A DNA stretch of 54,469 nucleotides from assembly GCF_001194135.2 (NCBI RefSeq), contig NC_068985.1:23400297-23454765 (forward strand). Reading direction: 5' to 3'. The notes under the pieces were generated by a model. The model was not told where the DNA came from, searched no databases, and saw nothing but the letters and a program-made list of their open reading frames with translations. This document shows, piece after piece, positions 45,128 to 54,469 of the stretch. The stretch comes from Octopus bimaculoides. Taxonomy: Eukaryota. The position numbers and the translations under genes were made by a program. Numbering within the stretch: the first letter of the stretch is position 1; each line of letters begins with the position of its first letter.

Positions 45128-45128
45128 T
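45038..45128 (-). CDS. TMEM243: TMEM243-like coding exon 1 (ATG at 45127)
   Basis: tttctacag|A ATG...ACT|gtaagt. Confidence 0.72.
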
Positions 45129-45710
45129 CTGTAGAAACTTGCGAATCTATTTCACCGAGGATTAATCCAAATTGTATATTATTAATAATTATAGTGGTAT
45201 AAGTATTTGATAAGTAACTTATGATGGACGTTTCTGTTTAAATAAAGGTCCAATTGCAACAGGCGAGATGGGCGAAAACCAGACGAACATAAACAATAAT
45301 ATAAATGCCTGAATTAGCTCACAAGTTGCTCGCTCTATAATAATTCAGCTGACAAGGAAGACAGTAAATACCAGGGGCGGTGGTGTCGGGTAGCAGTAGT
45401 AGCAGCCTTTAATGATATCGTCTGCGTCAGTAATTAATAACAAACTTTTTAAATAATGACCGTGAAATGTTTCCACGTGGTGTATTGGCTTTGTGAAGTA
45501 TTTTATTCTTTCAACAATAACGTTGCATGTCAGGTGATTCTCAGATGTGGGATGCAAAATAGCGGGTGCTTTGTAACAGAGGTAGGTAAGTATATAGTGC
45601 TGTAACGAACTCAAAGATACGGTACATCACCATTAATTCCACACACACACATAACTTGTTCATACAAACGAAAAGAAGTAGTTCTCATATATAATAAGTA
45701 AAGTTGAATA

Positions 45711-46905
45711 TACGAGGTTTGTAGGAAAGTAATGCAAAAGTGGAGATAACTTTTTTTATTAACGCATCCAAACTGCACATGTTGGTGGAATAATTCGTTC
45801 TCTTTACATAGTAATTATTTTTCTTGTCCTTCTTCATTGCAGGTCCCAAGCAGAGGCAATGTGCCATCACTGACTTCATATTGAAAGAGGGATGCAAACT
45901 GTCCGACATCCACGGAAGCCCAAATGTTGTTTACGGCAAAGAGCAATGTGCACAGATGGATGAAGAAGTTTAAAGAAGGGGAAACCAGAATTGAAGACAA
46001 CTCACGCAATGCGGGACCATTAAATACTACTACTGACCTACTAACATGAATAGCCGTTGGGTGGAAGAATTGATTCTTGCGGACAAACGAATCACAATAT
46101 CGTAGGTAGTGAGGAAATAACGGGGCGATTCGCCCCGTGCGGCACTTTTATGGAGGCGACACTTTAGTGTCTGCTGTATAAGCCTGTATAGGGGACGGAG
46201 TTGGGATGGCAAACTCATGGGCTGTCCCAAGTGGTGCACACTCTAGCTACGCTATTGACTCATAATCCATGAGTTGGCTGCTTAACTGAACTGTGATCAC
46301 AACGCATTGCAGATGTCAGAAGACTTTGGGAACCGGAAAGTGTGTGCAATGTTGCCACGTCGGTAGTTGGCACTCGATTTGAATGAGAGGATGGGAGTTT
46401 ATTCTGATTTTCTAAAAGCGATTGATGCCAATGCAGATACCGTTCTTTCTTCAATTTGGTGACAAGGGGTGAAATGTAGCCACGTCTTTGTGATTCAGAA
46501 ACGAAGGTTCGGTCCATAGAATAGCACCATATCTCTTCTCCAAGTTCATAAACCAGCGATTGACAGAGAAAGACATAGTGACTAGTTTTGAGAAATGATA
46601 AAATGTCATTTCACCTTGATTGCTGTGAACAACGAACTGTACATTGAGACACTCAAACGCCATTAAAAGGAAAAGACTGAACAAGAATCTTGAAGTGATC
46701 CCCATTCACTATGACAATGCGCGACTGAACACATGTTTCATAACAAATCAGGCAATCGGAAAAGTGGGCTAGTCAGTGGCCCCCTATTCATCGTACTGCC
46801 CAGATCTGGCACTCGTCTGTTCCCGAAGATGGTCCAATGAAAGACAGATGAGCTAAAGTGTTTGTAAAGAAGTGGATATAACAACGCACACCTCCATTAA
46901 CTTTT
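45711..46905 (+). mobile_element. Degenerate near-full-length mariner
   Basis: TA-CGAGGTTTGTAGGAAAGTAATGC TIR; frameshifted QRQCAITDFILKEG..DIH, RWMKKFKEGETRIED, LVTRGE..DSETK, HYDNAR..YCPDLA motifs; right end unclear. Confidence 0.78.
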
Positions 46906-49900
46906 CAACTAGTTACTGATTTAATCAGTTATAATGATATACCCAGCCTTTACGACCTACTGTAAAAACGTGATATATATATATNNNNNNNNNNNNNNNN
47001 NNNNNNNNNNNNNNNNNNNNNNNNNNNNNNNNNNNNNNNNNNNNNNNNNNNNNNNNNNNNNNNNNNNNNNNNNNNNNNNNNNNNNNNNNNNNNNNNNNNN
47101 NNNNNNNNNNNNNNNNNNNNNNNNNNNNNNNNNNNNNNNNNNNNNNNNNNNNNNNNNNNNNNNNNNNNNNNNNNNNNNNNNNNNNNNNNNNNNNNNNNNN
47201 NNNNNNNNNNNNNNNNNNNNNNNNNNNNNNNNNNNNNNNNNNNNNNNNNNNNNNNNNNNNNNNNNNNNGATATGGTAATGTTACCGAAAAAAGAAAGTGA
47301 GTTAGTGAAAGTGTGAGTGGTGGAACGAAACAACTGCTTCGTTGGTGAGTTACCATAGTTGTCTCTTTGTGCCGTTTCTTTCAGAGACGGCGTTTTGTTC
47401 AGCCGGTCAGCCAGACTCGGTTCTCACTAATTGACTTTGGCTTACGGAGTTCTTGTTTTTATAACTATTCAAAACCAGCCAGAAGGATAGACATATTGTT
47501 GAGAACAATAGATTTCGTTGGCGGTCTGTTATCTCTTTTCTAGTTTTTGGTGGCCTAGAAGAGGTTAGAAGGGTCAAGTGGCAAAGACATTATTCTGCTT
47601 AGTGAAGGCATCTGGCAAATGTAACTACTGTCACAGAAAAACTATTGTTTTACCACGAGAGAAGAGCTGCTGAACTGTTAAGTGAAATTTGGCTATCGAG
47701 GATCGAATCCACGCCATGCCTGCATGAAGCCACTACATCACTCCCCCTCCAGAGAGGTTTCTTCCTCCAGTCAGTTACTTACATAATCATAAAATCTGCA
47801 CTTTCTTTTATATATAAGTAACTGACTGGAGGAAGAAAGTAAAGCATACCTTTAGGAGTAAGTATACACAGGAAATATTGTTTTAGGCATCTGGAGAAAT
47901 GGAACCGTACCACTATTTCACAGCACGTCTAGAGATGAAGATGAAATCACCACACGCTTTAAGATACAGTGCTCAGTAGAAGAATTTACCAAATCATATT
48001 CTAGAAGATCTGGATCGTGATGCTTGAACAAGTTGCCTACAACAATGGACAGCAGACCTAATATGTTGCTCAGTTTAACACCACCACTTGGCGCTTTGGA
48101 TGCATTTGACGGGGTTTGCTCTGTTCCAAGCATTCGAGCTAGGACTTCCTCCTTCCTTGCCACTAGTCTAGAGCAGGGTCATAGTCATTGCCTTCCTTTT
48201 TGCAAGATAATCACAATATCTGCAAAATAAATATTAGGAGAGTAAAGTGTGTCGTGAAGCATCTCAAGGCTTTTCTATGCATTTATCTTTGAAATTGCAA
48301 CCTAGGTTTCCGATCTCATATCAATGGGATCTCTATAACATTGTAAAATCTTCTTATCTGTCATGTTTCAATCAAAATGGTGCTGAAAGTAACATTCTTG
48401 TAGATAAAAACTATCTCATTTTATGCTTGCTCTGCTTTCAATTGCGCACTATACAAGATCAACAAAACCTCTTCCCAAACTCTCCTTCTTAACTGCAGCT
48501 TACTTCTACTAGTACACTATCGCAAACACGAAAACTCCCCTTATCATTCCAGTACAACAAAGCAACTGAACTTCATGACGTTTCTATTGTTAACTAAAAA
48601 AATTGTACCCCCTCCAACTTTAACTTTCTACGGCCATCTACCCAATCAATAAAAACAAGTGACAGTATGTCCGATTTTCAAAGAAACCTCCTGGCCTTGC
48701 TATTTATCTGACTTCACTTTCAGGTGATAGAAGCAACCACAAGTATCTTCATTACAGGGAGTTTCTTTCACTTTCCATCACAATTTCCGTACAATCTGTT
48801 AGGGACGACCGTGCGAACTCATAAAAGGAGATATGGTGACGAATGGAAAAAACAGAGGACTCCTTTTATTTACACGAGTCACACGGTCGAACATACAATT
48901 ATATATATCAATGATGATATAGATGATATGTTATGCTACGATAACATAGATGACCAGTAATGAAAGACCACAACCGTATTAGATGAATAACAGAGATATT
49001 TATTGTAGCGTTAAAAATGTATGTCTGTGTGAGAGTGTGAATGCGACATATAAGAACATAATCAAAGACAGGCCGTCATACAAAGAAAAGTGTGTATGTG
49101 AGTGATACATGTGTGTATGTGAAATATTACAGCAGAGAAAGAGTCAATGACACGTGAGCAATTATACCAGATCTTGGGTACACAATAAGAAAAGTTCTGT
49201 ATGTGAAAGTGAGGGAGGCTGAGTTTGGCAGAGCTGATCACTAGTTGTGATGTCGAGGCATCGATGCCTAGCCGTNNNNNNNNNNNNNNNNNNNNNNNNN
49301 NNNNNNNNNNNNNNNNNNNNNNNNNNNNNNNNNNNNNNNNNNNNNNNNNNNNNNNNNNNNNNNNNNNNNNNNNNNNNNNNNNNNNNNNNNNNNNNNNNNN
49401 NNNNNNNNNNNNNNNNNNNNNNNNNNNNNNNNNNNNNNNNNNNNNNNNNNNNNNNNNNNNNNNNNNNNNNNNNNNNNNNNNNNNNNNNNNNNNNNNNNNN
49501 NNNNNNNNNNNNNNNNNNNNNNNNNNNNNNNNNNNNNNNNNNNNNNNNNNNNNNNNNNNNNNNNNNNNNNNNNNNNNNNNNNNNNNNNNNNNNNNNNNNN
49601 NNNNNGTCGCTGGCTGCTGCTGCTGTCGTGTGGTACACGGAACAGTTCTCAAAGAGAAACTGGACCGAGACAAATTTGTGGGGTATGAGTTGATCTATAT
49701 ATAGCGTTAAGAGGGCTCCAAATGCCTTTAGAATTTTACTCCATCACGTGACCTTATTAGGGGCCGTGATTGGTCAGTTCGCGTTCTGGCGGGAACGGTT
49801 CGAAGAAGTTGCCGATTCGAATAATGATCAGTCACGTGATGGACAAGGAATGGGTTCTCTACTACGCTCGCATTTATTTATATTTAAATGAGAAGATTGT

Positions 49901-49949
49901 ATGTAATGGCGATAGTAGTTTGTATCTAATGGCGGGAGGTAGTTTCACT

Positions 49950-50350
49950 ACAAATCTGATGACAATCGGTGACATATTCTCCAACATCTCGCCTAAGTAC
50001 TTCCTAGGTCTCTAGAGTTGTGAGTTTCACACAAGTAAAGCCTTCGACTATATCTGGCACAAGAACCTATTGCAAAGTTGCCCGCTTATGTGCCTCATCA
50101 TCGACTTATATTTTGAATATGAAGTTTTCTGTAAGTCAGTCGCCCATTGTAACGTGCGGCAATGGAAGTTACACCATTTCACATTCTATTAACTTTCTTA
50201 ATGTTGTTTTGATGATTTCTTATACCCTTCCTTCTCACTGTTAATTTTAACCACACATATTTCTGAATGGATGATGCTAATATTCACTCCTCTTTAACAT
50301 TCTGCACACAAGCACCACAACATGCAATTTCATGTCAGATTTGCACAGTT
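49950..50350 (+). mobile_element. CR1/Jockey-type LINE reverse transcriptase relic
   Basis: SKAFDYIWHKNLL motif and a downstream DDA-like motif, frameshifted. Confidence 0.65.
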
Positions 50351-50371
50351 TTTATGATCAGAGACATTGAA

Positions 50372-50434
50372 AACACTCATATCACGACATAAAACACTTA
50401 AATCACGACATGGAACACTCATATCACGACATAA
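50372..50434. repeat. 21-bp minisatellite x3
   Basis: AACACTCATATCACGACATAA units. Confidence 0.9.
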
Positions 50435-51014
50435 AAGCTACACTTATCAAAGAAACAGTTTTGCACTACGCCCAATAGCGAATGAGCATCAAACTATCTA
50501 CAAGTATTTCTGTTTATATTTTTCGGCAACCACGTCTAAAATATTATCAAAAGCAACTTCTTTTTCAGGGACAGAAAACAATCTAATACTAATGAGTTAA
50601 TTGCTGACTAAATGTAACTCAAATCATTAGAATATTTCTGTCATATGTAGAACGAGTTTGCTGCTACGCATTAGAACATTCTAGATCGCATCTAAAAAAT
50701 AATCTGTTTGATTGATGGGAAAATTTTAACACACAAACCTTCTATAAGTACAGGCCCACTGATGTATTCTATCTTCTATCTGTCTCAACTATAATACTTC
50801 TACAACAACATTTGCTTCTCTGAAATAGCAGCCCGCATATCACCTCCTCCACTTAGGCCTGAACACTTCACCTATCTTTTCACTCATCTCAACCATGTCT
50901 CATTCTGCACTCTACTCATTCTTTCTTTCTAGAATTACCACTGTATGAAACTTCATCACTATTTCCATTTTCCTTAAAAGTTCAATCTGAATATCNNNNN
51001 NNNNNTGCTCACCG

Positions 51015-51574
51015 CCTTACTACTAGTTTCAAATTTTGGTATAAGGCCAGAAATTTTGCGGGAAAGGGTAAGTCAATTACATCGGCTCCAGGGCTCAGCT
51101 GGTATTTTTTCAAGCCCGACAGGAGGAAAAGCATTTGAACTCAGAACGTAAAGTCGGAAGAAATGCCGATAAGCATTTTTCTAGCGCAGTAACGATTCTG
51201 CCAGCTCGTTGCCTATCACCGCCTTAACATTGATTGCAAATGTTGGTATAAGGCCAGCGATTTAGGAGGAGGGGTTAAGTCGATCACATCGATCTCAGTA
51301 CTCAACTGGTACTTATTTTATCGACCCCGAAAGGATAAAAGGCAAAGTCGACCTCAGTGGAATTTGAACTCAAAACGTAACGACAGACGAAATGCCGGTA
51401 AGCCATTTGCCCGACGTGCTAACAATTCTGTCAGCTCGTCGCTTTAACATTGGTATCAAATTTTGGCACAAGGAAGGTCAGCAATTTCGGGGTGGCGGTA
51501 AATCAATTACATCGACACCCAGTACTCAACTGGTACTTATTTTATCAACCCCGAAAGGATAAAAGGCAAAGTCG
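51015..51574 (-). mobile_element. Array of three family B SINE copies
   Basis: Head-to-tail copies of the central domain. Confidence 0.8.
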
Positions 51575-52782
51575 NNNNNNNNNNNNNNNNNNNNNNNNNN
51601 NNNNNNNNNNNNNNNNNNNNNNNNNNNNNNNNNNNNNNNNNNNNNNNNNNNNNNNNNNNNNNNNNNNNNNNNNNNNNNNNNNNNNNNNNNNNNNNNNNNN
51701 NNNNNNNNNNNNNNNNNNNNNNNNNNNNNNNNNNNNNNNNNNNNNNNNNNNNNNNNNNNNNNNNNNNNNNNNNNNNNNNNNNNNNNNNNNNNNNNNNNNN
51801 NNNNNNNNNNNNNNNNNNNNNNNNNNNNNNNNNNNNNNNNNNNNNNNNNNNNNNNNNNNNNNNNNNNNNNNNNNNNNNNNNNNNNNNNNNNNTGGAGGTA
51901 CATGAATAAAAACGCACTAACATATTAGACGTGATTCAATTTCAGCATTGTATATACAAGAAAAAAGTAAGCGTCAGGGACAAAATTAATTTTAGGAAGC
52001 CCAGATTAGTTTATCGGACCCGGGGGGATTTTTTTGAAATTCCTTCCGTAAATAGTGCGTCTTATATATCGTCAAATATTGTAAATTCATTGAAAAAATT
52101 TTCTTACTTTTAAATGTAATTTTTTAAAAACAAATTGAATACTCTAAATTATATGAAAACTATGTTAGAATTTCATCATCATCACAAATTAGTATTTAGT
52201 TTTCCTACTTTAAAATGTGCGCTGTTTATTCTGAGACAGTATGTGACTGTTGTTTTTATAGTTTGTCCTCCCTGTGTGTGTATTTATTTATATATAAATC
52301 AATGTCTGTATGTATAGAGTTTCGAATGAATCAAAGTAAAATTGGTTAAGTTGAGTGCATCTAATTTTAGATTCAAAACGGAATTGACTGGCTCAGAAAT
52401 CATACATAATACAAAATTTTTGCTTCAATTGCAATGTAAGGGAAATAATCCAAGATTAATTTTACAAGTTGCCTCTCTTTAACTAAGGGAAATAACTGAT
52501 ATGTTTTATTTAATATAAGAAAACTTTATTTACCACGTAAATTTAATTCCTTATATTATTTATTCATTATGTATTATTATATAATCAATATAGTATTACG
52601 ACAGATAGTTTATAAATAGCACATAGAACAGGGTGATGGCCTGTACATACTATTTATTGTAATTCTCTTTCTGTGTCTGTCTCTGTCTTCCGTCTGTGTG
52701 TGTGCGTGTGTGTGTCTGTCTCTTCTGTCTGTCTCTTTATCTCCTTCCACAATGCATACACACGCACATGTGTAGAGGAGGT

Positions 52783-52900
52783 AGTTTAGTGGTTGGGGCG
52801 TTGCACACATGCTCGCAAGATGGTGGTTTCGAATCCTGAACCGGGCGATGAATTGTCTTTTTGAACAAAAACCCTTTATTTTACGTTGTTCCAGTAAGCG
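52783..52900 (+). mobile_element. Degenerate tRNA-derived SINE head
   Basis: A-box-like TAGTTTAGTGG, B-box GGTTTCGAATCC. Confidence 0.55.
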
Positions 52901-52999
52901 GCGACAAACCGGCGTCCTGTACACGGAAAAATTTCTGCGCTACAGAATCCGGAAAACCGACTTAAAGAGTTTTCAACTCGGAACCTTCGACCCATTTTA

Positions 53000-53140
53000 T
53001 ACGAGGTGATGTTAAAAAGTTCCTGGTTTTAAGGCTGTCGCGAAAGGCCTGGTTGGAGACTGAAACTTCCGAGTTCTTGTGCAGGGCTTAGAAAAATTGA
53101 AGGACCACTGCAATAAGTGTGTGAATCTGAGAGGGGACTA
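53000..53140 (+). mobile_element. mariner-derived internally deleted fragment
   Basis: TA-CGAGGTGATGTTAAAAAGTTCC TIR-like start; GLEKLKDHCNKCVNLRGD resembles a mariner C-terminus. Confidence 0.6.
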
Positions 53141-53172
53141 GACAGGTTTTTCTCATCCAGCTGGTCGGCTAC

Positions 53173-53215
53173 TTCAGGCTGATGACGAGCAATGACTCAG
53201 AAACATGTCCCTGAA
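53173..53215 (+). ncRNA. Minimal type I hammerhead ribozyme motif
   Basis: Stem I TTCAGG/CCTGAA, core CTGATGA, stem II GAG/CTC, GAAA, palindromic stem III ACATGT, GUC cleavage triplet. Confidence 0.75.
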
Positions 53216-53504
53216 TGCAGACTAAAGCTGGGTGGGGAAGCTTGTCTCCCCTTCACAAATATAAGGACACAGGAAATGTGTCAAGGCCAACAGGAAGCGG
53301 TCCAGCTTGCTAGGGCTAAATAGCAGCAGTATGATTCCCTTATTGGGACTGTCACATTAAGTTGACAGTAAACAACTGCTTTATCGCAACACTGCTGCTT
53401 AATTCTCTCTGTGAGATTTATAATTAGATCATTTCTAACTCCTGTATATTCTTTTACCTAAAATCAGGAACTTCTCAGCTCCCGCTCGAATACCTTCTAT
53501 CTTT

Positions 53505-53790
53505 CAACTGTCTCAGTCATTAGACTGCGGCCAAGCTGGGGCACCACCTTGAAGAAGTTTAGTCGAACGAATCGACTCCAGTATTTAATTTTTTTAAAAG
53601 CTGGACACTTATTTTATCAGAAGTCTTTTGCTGAACCGCTAAGTTACGGAGACGTAAACACACCAACACCAGTTGTCAAGTAGTGGTAGGGGACAAACGC
53701 ACGCACGCACGCAAACACACATACATGTATACGATGGGCTTCTTTCAGTTTCTGTGTACCAAATCCACTCACAAGACTTTGGTCGGCCCT
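53505..53790 (-). mobile_element. Composite SINE (as 38895-39336), head truncated
   Basis: Same module order with an internal (CA/CG)n tract. Confidence 0.72.
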
Positions 53791-54039
53791 TGGCTACAGC
53801 AGAGTGGCAGTCGACAGATAAGAATTACATTTACTTTTTAATAACAATTTCACTCAGTTCCTTATGATTAGAGTTTCGTTGGCGCACCCTCTGAACTTTA
53901 CATCATGTGGGAGACTGAGTCAAATTGTTCTATACATACACATACACACATACGCATAAACATACATACATACATACAAACATACATACATACATACATA
54001 CAAGTATGTGTGCATATATTGAAAGAGAAGTTCCAGTAT

Positions 54040-54469
54040 GTATTGAAAGAGAAGTGTCCGTGTTAACTACATCCCAAAGATGGAGTCTTGCATCTTTGTT
54101 GGAAACTGGCTGCTTCCTCAGTGGAAGATTTATAAGAAGAAATGCCGCTAAGTACTTTGTCCGATGCATGACAGACTTATTCTCCTTTCATAATAGCCGT
54201 CTATTACAGCTGACAGTAGACTGGGAGAATTCTTAGTGGAGTGAGACGAAGAGTGGTGACACTGACTCGAACAAATAAGACCTGATAGAAAACTTCGGAC
54301 CCATAACACTCCTCAACATAGTGTTAAAGATATTGGCAAATGTGTTCGCCAAGAGAATGGTACTTGTATGTGGTATAACCAATGATGCTCAAAGCTGTAT
54401 GATCCCTGACTGATCTATATGCAGCAACCTCTATCTCATACGATATATCGTAAAGCAAGTCGTGAATTG
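54040..54469 (+). mobile_element. L1/Tx1-type LINE RT relic, running off the window end
   Basis: GVVTL...IENFGPITLLNIVLKILANVFAKRM...QSCMIP..SICSNLYLIRYIV, with stops and frameshifts. Confidence 0.8.

Noticed and set aside
5166-49965. Other CTGATGA/CTGACGA motifs (about 5167, 27330, 32303, 32432, 49956) as hammerheads
   Set aside because: They lack a stem II-GAAA-stem III-NUH arrangement and a closing stem I.
13361-51923. Long ORF-track entries containing X runs (e.g. 13361-14077, 33365-34021, 42942-44057, 46925-47356, 49062-49704, 51450-51923)
   Set aside because: They are open only because they span assembly N-gaps.

Overview
AT-rich, repeat-dense animal genomic DNA from a gapped draft assembly (nine N-runs). 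The SINE/RTE/mariner repertoire points to an octopus (inference from repeat families, not provable here). The + strand carries the 3' two thirds of a Mask/ANKHD1/ANKRD17 orthologue. I traced 20 GT-AG exons with consistent phases from 456 to the stop at 26936-26938, about 1830 aa: a Q/P-rich linker, the second ankyrin cluster, a basic NLS-like segment, a KH domain with GRGG, and a long low-complexity tail. A long 3' UTR follows. The - strand carries a convergent five-exon gene that the ORF track misses (45127 to 30087, 128 aa, three TM segments, TMEM243/DUF2678-like), with a 24-nt microexon and all-phase-0 introns. The rest is tRNA-derived SINEs, RTE/CR1/L1 LINE relics, Tc1/mariner relics, MITEs, Helitron-like ends and microsatellites. 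Most notable: a minimal type I hammerhead ribozyme motif (53173-53215); a 549-bp MITE with an 8-bp TSD and three concentric inverted repeats around telomere-like repeats, 68 nt upstream of a Mask exon; an identical 171-bp duplication flanking the Mask terminal coding exon; possibly overlapping 3' ends of the two genes; inverted SINE pairs around exons; and a 24-bp perfect hairpin.
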